In this document: in pieces, positions 18,098 through 26,478 of the stretch
How positions within the stretch are numbered: the stretch's first letter is position 1
How the letters are laid out: every line of letters starts with the position of its first letter
Assembly (NCBI GenBank): GCA_002479075.1
Contig: DLLG01000020.1
Span: forward strand, 746 to 64,745
Direction: 5' to 3'
DNA from: Clostridiales bacterium UBA7568
Lineage (GTDB): Bacteria; Bacillota; Clostridia; Oscillospirales; CAG-272
DNA length: 64,000 nt
Notes under the pieces: model-generated
The model's input: only the letters and a program-made list of their open reading frames with translations
Database searches by the model: none
What the model was told of the DNA's origin: nothing
Translations under genes and position numbers: made by a program

Positions 18098-19399
18098 TTG
18101 AGGGAGAAAATAAAGGCAGTCAAATTCGGGGGAAGCTCCCTTTGCGACGCAAAAAGAATAGACAATGCGGCAAAGATCGTCCTTTCGGAGAGCGGGCGGC
18201 GGTATGTTGCCGTCAGTGCGCCGGGAAGAAGATTTCCGGGCGACGAAAAGATAACAGATATGCTGTACGGCGCGTTTATGTCAACAGGAGACGACTTTTA
18301 TTCTATGCTCGAAAAAATAAAATCCCGTTTTGACGGGATAATCTCCGAGCTTGCCGTTCACGTCTCGCTCGACGAAGACTTTTCCGAGCTTCTCTATGCG
18401 AGAAAGAATTATTTCGGCAGGGACTATTTTGCGTCCCGGGGGGAATATTTCTGCGCAAGGATCTTTGCGTCATACCTCGGCTATGATTTTGTCGATGCCG
18501 CAAAATGCGTTTTCTTCGGCGAGGACGGAGCGTTTCTTCCGGAGGTGACGAAAAGACGGACTGCAGCAGAGCTTTCCGGAATAGAACGGGCGGTCGTGCC
18601 GGGGTTTTACGGCAGTATGCCCGGAGGAACGCTCAAAACCTTCGATCGCGGCGGCTCGGATATAACGGGAGCGATTCTCGCCTCCGCCGCAGGCTGCGAC
18701 GAATACGAAAACTGGACAGATGTCCCCGGATTTATGTCCGCGGACCCGAAAACTGTTGACAATCCGAAAACTATCGGTATAATAACATATAAAGAGCTCC
18801 GGCGACTCTCCTTTATGGGAGCCGGCGTGCTTCACGAGGATTCCGTTCTCCCGCTGATGAGCGAGAAAATCCCCGTAATAATCAAGAGCACCCTCGACCC
18901 CTCCGCGCCGGGCACGCGAGTCGTCCCGTATATGGACAAAAAAGAAAATGCCGTCTGCGGCATAGCGGGGAAAAAGGGATTTTCGGTCATCCGTATATGC
19001 AAAACGAAGATCGGAACAAGCGCGGCGGACGCGGAAAAGATTGCAAGGTTACTTGCGCAAAGGGATGTTTTTCCCGTCTGCGTTTCGTCCGGAATCGACT
19101 GTGTTTCGCTGACCGTTCCGAGGAGCGGGCTCTGCGGAAAAGAGGATTACATCCGCAATGAGATCTGCGCCTGCACAGAGCCCTCGTGCGTAACGCTCGT
19201 CGGCGACTGTGCGCTGATTGCGATAGTCGGCGCGGACATCGGGCAAAGGCTTTCCGAGATATTCTCTGCGCTGGACGAGGAAAGCATCGCTGTAAGCTCT
19301 GTCGATGCGGGCTCCGGCGACGGAGCGATCACCGTCGGCGTTGCGGAAAAGGATCTTAACCGCGCAATAAAAGCTCTTTACAGAAAACTGATAAAGTAG
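18098..19399 (+). CDS. Aspartate kinase
   Basis: KFGGSSL N-terminal signature and RGGSD. ACT-like C-terminus. The likely start is TTG at 18098, 8 nt after GGAGG; the ORF-track maximum start is 18050. Confidence 0.88.
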   Translation: MREKIKAVKFGGSSLCDAKRIDNAAKIVLSESGRRYVAVSAPGRRFPGDEKITDMLYGAFMSTGDDFYSMLEKIKSRFDGIISELAVHVSLDEDFSELLYARKNYFGRDYFASRGEYFCARIFASYLGYDFVDAAKCVFFGEDGAFLPEVTKRRTAAELSGIERAVVPGFYGSMPGGTLKTFDRGGSDITGAILASAAGCDEYENWTDVPGFMSADPKTVDNPKTIGIITYKELRRLSFMGAGVLHEDSVLPLMSEKIPVIIKSTLDPSAPGTRVVPYMDKKENAVCGIAGKKGFSVIRICKTKIGTSAADAEKIARLLAQRDVFPVCVSSGIDCVSLTVPRSGLCGKEDYIRNEICACTEPSCVTLVGDCALIAIVGADIGQRLSEIFSALDEESIAVSSVDAGSGDGAITVGVAEKDLNRAIKALYRKLIK

Positions 19400-19410
19400 A
19401 GGATTTTGAA

Positions 19411-20001
19411 ATGAAAAACAAACGTCTGCGCACAATGGTAAAGCTCGCAATGCTCGTTGCGTTGCTTGCAATATTCTGCTTTACCCCGCTCGGCTTTTTG
19501 AAAATAGGCATAGTTGAAATAACCTTCAATATGATACCGATCATAATCGGCGCGATAGCGGTCGGGCCCGCCGCAGGTGCCGTTCTCGGCGCACTTTTCG
19601 GCGCGGCGAGCTTCTGGCAATGCTTCGGGCAGAGCACCTTCGGAACGTTACTGTTCGGAGTAAATCCCTTTTATACGGCGATAATATGCTTTGTGCCGAG
19701 AATTCTGGCAGGGCTTCTCCCCGGGCTGATTTTCCGCGCAATGACCGCAAAAAAGGACAACGTCGCCGCATATTTCGTCTCCGCCGCCGTCGGCTCGCTT
19801 ACAAACACCGTCCTTTTTGTCGGCGGGTTCTGCCTTCTTTTCAAGGACACGATGCTCGGTATGGCAGGCGAACAGGGGCTCTCCCCTCTCGCGTTCATAG
19901 CCGCTGCGTTTCTTCTCAATGCAACGGTTGAGCTCGTTGCAAACACGGCGATTTCCGCAGGCGTTTCAAAAGCATTGACAAAATTCGAAAGCGCAAAATG
20001 A
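19411..20001 (+). CDS. ECF-transporter substrate-specific (S) component
   Basis: 196 aa, 6 TM, with an N-terminal K/R then LAMLVALLAIF pattern typical of ECF S components. No A/T components are adjacent. Lies 11 nt after the aspartate kinase gene. Confidence 0.6.
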   Translation: MKNKRLRTMVKLAMLVALLAIFCFTPLGFLKIGIVEITFNMIPIIIGAIAVGPAAGAVLGALFGAASFWQCFGQSTFGTLLFGVNPFYTAIICFVPRILAGLLPGLIFRAMTAKKDNVAAYFVSAAVGSLTNTVLFVGGFCLLFKDTMLGMAGEQGLSPLAFIAAAFLLNATVELVANTAISAGVSKALTKFESAK

Positions 20002-20007
20002 TAATCG

Positions 20008-20033
20008 AAAAGGCGACCGACGGTCGCCTTTTT
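20008..20033. terminator. Bidirectional terminator
   Basis: aaaggcgacc gacg ggtcgccttt, with flanking A-run and T-run, between convergent genes. Confidence 0.8.
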
Positions 20034-20051
20034 AATTTGCGCAAAATCCGC

Positions 20052-20378
20052 TTACCCCTGCGCTTCCCTTTCCTTATCCAGCTTTTTGTTTCTGAAATAG
20101 AGCGAAGCGTCAATCGTTATCGCAACAAAATTGATTATGTAAAACGAAAAGCTTAGCCAGAAGAGAAAGCCGGAGCTTTCAAGCGAGGGCGAGGAAAGAT
20201 ATATTATTTTTCTCGCAATACCGAAGGCGTAGCCGATGAGCAGGAACACCTCAAAGAACAGGCTTTTCCCTTTCGCCGTGCGTGAGATCCAGGATTTTCT
20301 GATCGATATGGGCCAGGAAAGCCCGAAGCAAAGGATCGTAAGCGCCTCCAAGAGGTCAACAAGCTGTGTGACGGTCAT
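20052..20378 (-). CDS. Small 3-TM membrane protein (PQ-loop/SemiSWEET-like topology)
   Basis: 108 aa with three hydrophobic helices and WPISIRKSWISRTAKGKS after TM1. No His residues. Confidence 0.5.
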   Translation of the reverse strand: MTVTQLVDLLEALTILCFGLSWPISIRKSWISRTAKGKSLFFEVFLLIGYAFGIARKIIYLSSPSLESSGFLFWLSFSFYIINFVAITIDASLYFRNKKLDKEREAQG

Positions 20379-20389
20379 TTTGTTTCTCC

Positions 20390-21997
20390 TTATATTTCTG
20401 TTTTTTTGTATCTGTAATCCGGCAGAAGCATAGGAGAGACGGCGTCCGTTGCAATTTTCGCCGCCGCAAGCTCCGCTTCAAACCTGTTTATATGCTCAAG
20501 CGCAAGCGCTCCGACGGTCGTTCTTCCCGCCTTTTCCGCCGCGTTTTTTCCGGCAATTCTCCCGAAAACGATTATATCCGCAAGGGCGTTTCCCATCAGC
20601 CTGTTCCTGCCGTGTATCCCGCCGGCGACCTCGCCGCACGCATACAGATTTTCAACGTTCGGCGTCATACAATCCGAATTTATGTCAAGCCCGCCGTTCT
20701 GATAATGCAGCGTCGGGCAGACGGCAACCGGCTCGCGACGAATATCTATCCCGCAGGATAAAAACATACGGAGCATAGCGGGAAGTCGCTTTTGGACAGT
20801 CCCCTCGCCGCCGAGCTTTTCTATCATCGGTGTGTCAAGCCAGACGGCTTTTCCGCTCCCCGTATCAATTCCCTTGCCCCTGCCGAAGCATTCGCGGATA
20901 ATTGCCGCCGTCGTAACGTCGCGCGTTTCCAAAGGGTTCACAAAAGCCTCGCCGTCCCTGTTTATCAGCCTTGCGCCGAGCGATCGTGCTTTTTCCGTCA
21001 CAAGCGCGCCGAGGATCTGCTGCGGATATGCCGCACCCGTCGGATGATACTGAAGCGAATCCGCAAGGAAAAGCCCTGCGCCCGCCCTGTAACCGAGGAC
21101 GAGCCCGTCTGCCGTCGCTCCGTAATGGTTTGAGGTCGGAAAACCGCCGCAATGCAGGCGTCCCGCCCCTCCCGTCGCAATTATGACGGTCTTTGCCCTC
21201 GCAACGGACACCTCCTCCGTCACCGTGTTCATAAGGACGGCTCCCGCCGCCTTCCCTTCTTCATCAAGGATAAGCTCGATTGCGGACGTATAATCGATAA
21301 CGGGTATTCCGAGGCTTTCCGCCTCGTCCCGCAAGGTCCTCATTATCTCCGCTCCCGTACAGTCTCTTGCGGAATGCATTCTTTTGCGGCAGGTGCCGCC
21401 GCCGTGCGTCATAACCGATGTGCCGTCCGGCTCTCTGTCAAACTCGACTCCGAGATCGGAAAGCCATTTTATCGCTTCCGGCGCTTCTGTTACGAGCTTT
21501 TCCAAAAGCTCTTTTTTTGCGGCAAAACGACCGCCGCCGAAGGCGTCAAGAAAATGCAGAGCGGGCGAATCGTTTTCGCCCTCCGCCGCCTGAATTCCGC
21601 CCTCCGCCATTATCGTGTTCGAATCGCCTATGCGCAGCTTCGTGACGATAAGCACGTCGGCTCCGGCTTTCCTTGCCTCGATCGCCGCCACGGTTCCCGC
21701 TCCCCCGCCGCCGATTATAAGAACGTCAACGTCGTATTTTATATCGGAAAGGTCAATCCTCTCCGTGTTTATCCTGCTATGCGCTTCAAGCAGATCGCAA
21801 AGCTCGCGCGGAACGCTTTTTCCCTTGTCCGCGCCGACGGAAAGCGGCTTGAATCCGCTCTTTTTATAGTCGGGGTGATATGCGGAGAGGAGCTGCTCCC
21901 GCTGTTCCTCCGTAAGGCGCGGAGGCTCGTATGCCATATTCTTTTCTCTCGCCGCGCAAAGCAGCTCAATCGACTCTCTGAATTCTTCGGAATACAA
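20390..21997 (-). CDS. FAD-dependent oxidoreductase, fumarate reductase/succinate dehydrogenase/aspartate oxidase flavoprotein family
   Basis: DVLIIGGGGAGTVAAIEA dinucleotide fold, LQYHPTG, and YACGEVAGGIHGRNRLMGNAL C-terminal FAD motif. N-terminal extension of about 85 aa. Confidence 0.85.
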   Translation of the reverse strand: MYSEEFRESIELLCAAREKNMAYEPPRLTEEQREQLLSAYHPDYKKSGFKPLSVGADKGKSVPRELCDLLEAHSRINTERIDLSDIKYDVDVLIIGGGGAGTVAAIEARKAGADVLIVTKLRIGDSNTIMAEGGIQAAEGENDSPALHFLDAFGGGRFAAKKELLEKLVTEAPEAIKWLSDLGVEFDREPDGTSVMTHGGGTCRKRMHSARDCTGAEIMRTLRDEAESLGIPVIDYTSAIELILDEEGKAAGAVLMNTVTEEVSVARAKTVIIATGGAGRLHCGGFPTSNHYGATADGLVLGYRAGAGLFLADSLQYHPTGAAYPQQILGALVTEKARSLGARLINRDGEAFVNPLETRDVTTAAIIRECFGRGKGIDTGSGKAVWLDTPMIEKLGGEGTVQKRLPAMLRMFLSCGIDIRREPVAVCPTLHYQNGGLDINSDCMTPNVENLYACGEVAGGIHGRNRLMGNALADIIVFGRIAGKNAAEKAGRTTVGALALEHINRFEAELAAAKIATDAVSPMLLPDYRYKKTEI

Positions 21998-22009
21998 CTC
22001 TCCGTCTCC

Positions 22010-22684
22010 TTATTTTTCGATTTCTCTTTTGTTATAAAGCTCTTTTATCTCGTCCTCCGGCATTTCCGCAAGCGACCTTAAAAGCTCGTTGCATTTGCCT
22101 TCGTTTATCTCTTTTATGCGGGCTTCAAGCCGTTTTAACTCCGGAAGAAGGTATCTGCCGTTCAGCCTGCGCGCAAGCATTGCAACCTGCGGCTGATCTA
22201 TCTTTGCGGGGCAACGTGTGGCGCACATTCCGCACATAACGCATTCAAACGACACCTCCGCGCATTTTCCGATTTCTCCCCCGCGCGCATATGCGATATA
22301 TTGTCTGACATCTATACCCTGCGGGCAGACCTTCGTGCAGGCACCGCAGGAAACGCAGGCGTCAATCTCCGGATAAATCCGGCGTATCGACTGTCCCGTC
22401 GGCTCGATTTTTTCAATATCGCAGGTGCGCCCGCCGCGCCGGAGCAAAGGAAAAGAATCTATGCACATACCGTCTTCAACGGTTTTTCTGCAGGCAAGGC
22501 AGGTATAAACGGTGCTCTCGCCGCCGATACGGTAGCAAACGGCGCAAGCGCCGCAAAAGCCGCCGCGGCAACCGCAGCCCTCCGTCAGCCTGTATCCCGC
22601 ATATTCCATTGCGCGCAGAACCGTCATCCCCTGCGGGACGGAATATTCCTTGCCGAAAAGATAAATGCTCAGCGCTTTTTCCAT
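22010..22684 (-). CDS. Iron-sulfur subunit (2Fe-2S ferredoxin-like N-domain plus two 4Fe-4S-type Cys clusters)
   Basis: CGCRGGFCGACAV...C, CVSCGACTKVCP and CVMCGMCATRCP. Confidence 0.8.
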   Translation of the reverse strand: MEKALSIYLFGKEYSVPQGMTVLRAMEYAGYRLTEGCGCRGGFCGACAVCYRIGGESTVYTCLACRKTVEDGMCIDSFPLLRRGGRTCDIEKIEPTGQSIRRIYPEIDACVSCGACTKVCPQGIDVRQYIAYARGGEIGKCAEVSFECVMCGMCATRCPAKIDQPQVAMLARRLNGRYLLPELKRLEARIKEINEGKCNELLRSLAEMPEDEIKELYNKREIEK

Positions 22685-22886
22685 ATCCTGCGGCTCCTTT
22701 CCTCCGGTGCTTCCGGAAACATATCAAGACGTATTTTATCACAACTCCGCCGATTATGCAATTAAAATTTTTATTCCGCCGGCTGCACGACTTCGGAAAA
22801 ATATTCATAATATACTTGAAAAAAGAAAGAATATGTGATAGGATTTATCCGCTGTTAATTTCTAACCCCGATTTGGAGGACTCTTT

Positions 22887-24014
22887 ATGGGAGCATTGTT
22901 TTCAAACATTACAAACATAACGTGGCAACAGGTCGTTATGTGGATAATCGGCGGGGTGCTGATATACCTCGCAATAAAAAAGGATATGGAGCCGACTCTT
23001 CTTCTGCCGATGGGCTTCGGCGCGATTCTCGTCAACCTGCCGCTTTCCGGCGCGGTCACGCAGATTTATGACGGCGTAAAAGAAATCGGCGTTATCGACG
23101 TGCTCTTCGAATCCGGCATAGCAAACGAGCTTTTCCCGCTCCTGCTCTTCATCGGCATCGGAGCGATGATCGATTTCGAGCCGCTTCTTTCAAACCCCAA
23201 GCTGATGATCTTCGGCGCGGCGGCGCAGTTCGGTATTTTCTTTACGTTCAGCCTTGCGGCGCTCCTCGGCTTTGATATAAAGGACGCGGCGTCCATCGGC
23301 GTTATCGGTACGGCGGACGGACCGACATCGATCTTCGTTGCAAACTTTCTCGGCTCAAAATATCTCGGAGCGATAATGGTTGCGGCGTATTCTTATATGG
23401 CTCTCGTTCCGATCATTCAGCCGCCCGTCATCAAGCTGCTGACAACGAAAAAGGAACGTCTCATCCGTATGCCTTATCAGGAAAAGTCCGTTTCGAAAAC
23501 GACCAAGATCCTTTTCCCGATAATCATAACTATGATAACGGGCATCGTTTCTCCGAGAAGCGTTGCGCTCATCGGATTTCTTATGTTCGGAAACCTGCTC
23601 CGCGAATGCGGCGTGCTCGATTCGCTCTCCGAAACGGCGCAGAAGGTGCTTTCAAACCTTGTGACGATTCTTCTCGGAATCACTATCGCAACAAAGATGC
23701 AGGCTGAATACTTCCTCACGACAGACACACTTATCATAATCGCGCTCGGACTTGTCGCATTCATATTCGATACGGCGGGCGGCGTTATAATCGCAAAGCT
23801 GATAAACCTCTTCCTGCCGAAGGACAAGAAGATAAACCCGATGATCGGCGCGGCAGGCATTTCTGCATTCCCGATGTCCGCAAGAGTCGTTCACAAAATG
23901 GGGCTGAAGGAGGATCCGCAGAACTTCCTTCTTATGCATTCGATAGGCGTAAACGTTTCGGGGCAGATTGCCTCCGTCATCGCAGGCGGACTTCTGCTGA
24001 CATTGCTCGGTTAA
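22887..24014 (+). CDS. Sodium-ion-translocating decarboxylase beta subunit (OadB/MmdB/GcdB family)
   Basis: Full-length collinear match to family hallmarks: IYLAIKKDMEPTLLLPMGFG, GIGAMIDFEPLL, GAAAQFGIF, GTADGPTSIF and AAYSYMALVPIIQPP. Confidence 0.92.
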   Translation: MGALFSNITNITWQQVVMWIIGGVLIYLAIKKDMEPTLLLPMGFGAILVNLPLSGAVTQIYDGVKEIGVIDVLFESGIANELFPLLLFIGIGAMIDFEPLLSNPKLMIFGAAAQFGIFFTFSLAALLGFDIKDAASIGVIGTADGPTSIFVANFLGSKYLGAIMVAAYSYMALVPIIQPPVIKLLTTKKERLIRMPYQEKSVSKTTKILFPIIITMITGIVSPRSVALIGFLMFGNLLRECGVLDSLSETAQKVLSNLVTILLGITIATKMQAEYFLTTDTLIIIALGLVAFIFDTAGGVIIAKLINLFLPKDKKINPMIGAAGISAFPMSARVVHKMGLKEDPQNFLLMHSIGVNVSGQIASVIAGGLLLTLLG

Positions 24015-24027
24015 GGTGGTGAAGGGT

Positions 24028-24177
24028 ATGAATATAAATTTTGACGCGTTTCTCGGTACCCTGCCGATTATGGCAAAAGGTATGGCGGGAATATTTATCG
24101 TAACAATCGTGATAATTCTCTCCGTTGTGCTCCTCGGAGTGCTGACAAAGCCGAAAAACGGCGGAGATAAGGAATAA
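24028..24177 (+). CDS. OadG-like small membrane subunit (49 aa; not in the ORF track)
   Basis: ATG 13 nt after the beta-subunit stop. MNINFDAFLGTLPIMAKGMAGIFIVTIVIILSVVLLGVLTKPKNGGDKE: single TM with the GM.GIF pattern of OAD gamma proteins. Confidence 0.6.
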   Translation: MNINFDAFLGTLPIMAKGMAGIFIVTIVIILSVVLLGVLTKPKNGGDKE

Positions 24178-24185
24178 AAAAGAAG

Positions 24186-24220
24186 ATCGGAGATGGCAGG
24201 AAGCCTTCTCCGATTTTTTC
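24186..24220. terminator. Bidirectional terminator between oadG-like gene and ABC exporter
   Basis: atcggaga...tctccgat stem followed by TTTTTT, with an A-run upstream. Confidence 0.75.
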
Positions 24221-24222
24221 TG

Positions 24223-26211
24223 TTATTTTTTTATATCGCTTTCCGAATCGATATATCTCTGCGCCTGAGTTGAGAAAAGCTCAAAGTATCTGCCGCCCTT
24301 CTGCATAAGCTCCCGGTGCGTTCCGCTCTCGACGATCTGCCCATTTTCAAGAACGAGGATCTTGTCCGCCGTTGTTGCGCTGGAAAGGCGGTGCGAAACG
24401 AAAACCGTCGTCTTGTCGCGGCGGAGATTGTCAAACTGGGAATATATCTCCTGCTCCGCAATTGCGTCAAGAGCCGCCGTCGGCTCGTCAAGAATGAGAA
24501 TATCGGAATCCGAATAAAACGCTCTTGCAACGGAGAGCTTCTGCCATTGACCCGTTGAAAGCTCGATTCCGTCCTCCTCGAAATATCTCATCAGAGCCGT
24601 ATCATAGCCGCGGGGCAGATTTTTTATAAAGTCCTCGGCGCCGCTTTCCTTCGCCGCCTTTGAAACTCTCTCCTCGTCTATCGGGGCGTTTATATCCGAA
24701 AACGAAACATTCTCGCGCACGGAAACGGCGTACCTGCCGAAATCCTGAAAGATTATTCCGTATATCGAATAAAGCTCGCTTGTATCGTATTCCCTTATGT
24801 CGTGCCCGTCAAGAAGGATGACGCCCTCCGTCGGGTCATAAAGCCTGGTTATAAGTTTTATGAGGGTCGTCTTTCCCGCGCCGTTCAGCCCGACTAAAAC
24901 GACCGTCTCCCCCGGCTCGAAGGTAACGGACATATTCTTTATAACATCCCGCTCCGTGCCCGGATAACGGAAGGAAACGTTTTTCAGCTCAATTCTGTGA
25001 GCGATGTGACGCTGCGGATGGCGAGGGACGGGAAGCGAAGGCACTATCTCGGTTTTTTCGTCTATAAATGTTATGAGATTGTCGATGAAAAGGGTGCCTT
25101 CGTAAATAGACGCCGTGGAGTTTATGAGGGTTGAGATTCCGCTCGCGATCGAGTTCAGCGCGCCCGTATAAAGCGAATAGTTACCGACTTCAAAGTCGCC
25201 CGCGATGACGCCCTTTGCAATCAGCAGAAAGAGCAGACAGTTGACAGCCGAAGATAGCATCGACATCAGAAGATTCCAGGCGCCCTCCGAAAAATATATG
25301 TGGCGCAGCCCCTTGAAATAATGACCGAAGATGCTTTTGTATCTTTCAATGAAGGTATCCGAAAGCCCGAAAAGGCGGATCTCTTTGACCATATCCTTGT
25401 TCGTCATAAGACCTTTATAATAATTGAACTGTCGCCTGTCCTTTGAGCGGCGGCGGGCAAAATCAAACACCTTGCGCCTGTAAACAAAGGAAATGACAGC
25501 AGAGGGTATCGCAACGAGCGCAACCGCCACGGGCGCAAAGCCGCCCGTTTTCATACTCAGGCTTGCAATATGTATTTCGCCGGGAATTCCGGCAAGGATG
25601 ACGATAAACGAAACCATACTGATTACGGCAGAGATGCAGGAGAACGTTGCGGAAAGGATCTGCATCGGTCGGTTGCCCGCCTCGCGCGAAGCGTTTTCCA
25701 GCTTTTCATAAAAATCCGGGCGGTCAAAGCTCGAAACATCGACAGTCTTTGCCTTTTCCATTATTTTGACGTTTGTCCTGTGCGCAACGAGCTCGCTTGC
25801 GATCCTCGTTGTATAGGTTTTCAGGCTTGAAACGACGGACGTTGCAAAGATTATCGCAAACTGCCATACGAGCAGTATGAGTATTTCGTTCAGCATTGCG
25901 TCGGCGCTGCCTTCGCCGGCTTTTATCTGGGCATAATCGACCGCAAGGCGGTTTAAGATGTCCTTTGCTATCGACGCGGACACCGCCGGCAGAATTCCGA
26001 GGATTATCGAGAAGAACGAAATCAGAAACAGGACGCTCGGCTTTGCCTCCCAGACGAGGGTGAAAATATAGAAAAGTCTGTAAAAGAATTTAGAGATTAT
26101 CCTTTTCAGATAACCCGGAACCTCTTTTATGTTTTTCGGCTTCGGCTCGCGCATTTTGTCCATCGGATGCTTCATAAGCTCGGGACCTTTTTGCGGACGG
26201 TTCATTTTCAT
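24223..26211 (-). CDS. ABC exporter, fused permease/ATPase (homodimer type)
   Basis: Six-TM N-domain. Walker A GLNGAGKTT, signature LSTGQWQK, Walker B ILILDEPTAALD. Confidence 0.9.
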   Translation of the reverse strand: MKMNRPQKGPELMKHPMDKMREPKPKNIKEVPGYLKRIISKFFYRLFYIFTLVWEAKPSVLFLISFFSIILGILPAVSASIAKDILNRLAVDYAQIKAGEGSADAMLNEILILLVWQFAIIFATSVVSSLKTYTTRIASELVAHRTNVKIMEKAKTVDVSSFDRPDFYEKLENASREAGNRPMQILSATFSCISAVISMVSFIVILAGIPGEIHIASLSMKTGGFAPVAVALVAIPSAVISFVYRRKVFDFARRRSKDRRQFNYYKGLMTNKDMVKEIRLFGLSDTFIERYKSIFGHYFKGLRHIYFSEGAWNLLMSMLSSAVNCLLFLLIAKGVIAGDFEVGNYSLYTGALNSIASGISTLINSTASIYEGTLFIDNLITFIDEKTEIVPSLPVPRHPQRHIAHRIELKNVSFRYPGTERDVIKNMSVTFEPGETVVLVGLNGAGKTTLIKLITRLYDPTEGVILLDGHDIREYDTSELYSIYGIIFQDFGRYAVSVRENVSFSDINAPIDEERVSKAAKESGAEDFIKNLPRGYDTALMRYFEEDGIELSTGQWQKLSVARAFYSDSDILILDEPTAALDAIAEQEIYSQFDNLRRDKTTVFVSHRLSSATTADKILVLENGQIVESGTHRELMQKGGRYFELFSTQAQRYIDSESDIKK

Positions 26212-26284
26212 CACATCCTTTTGTATTATCTTATCATATTATTGTATTTTAAATTATAAATCCGCGAAAGAGGAAATACAAGTC

Positions 26285-26313
26285 TTGATTTTCGGAAGGA
26301 AATATGGTATAAT
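26285..26313 (+). promoter_or_regulatory. Sigma-A-type promoter with extended -10 upstream of the G5/M23 gene
   Basis: TTGATT, 17 nt, TGgTATAAT. Gives a leader of about 165 nt. Confidence 0.5.
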
Positions 26314-26478
26314 ACACCCCGCCGGGAGAGAGAAAAAAAGAAGCCCTCTCCCGAGGAAAATTATGCTTTTTTGTCCTTAATTTATCGCTTGAAAAAGCGC
26401 TGCGAAATATTATATAATTTTGTCAGAGCAGGTAAATACGGCTGTGTCGTATTTGCGGAAAGAAAGCGGTATTTTATT

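Noticed and set aside
26314-26478. Possible riboswitch in the long leader of the G5/M23 peptidase gene, for example the c-di-AMP ydaO class that is often found upstream of cell-wall hydrolases.
   Set aside because: I could find only simple hairpins (cgggagag...ctctcccg; cgctt gaaa aagcg) and a possible second promoter. None of the conserved ydaO or other riboswitch core sequences I know are visible. A covariance-model scan (Rfam/Infernal) would settle it.
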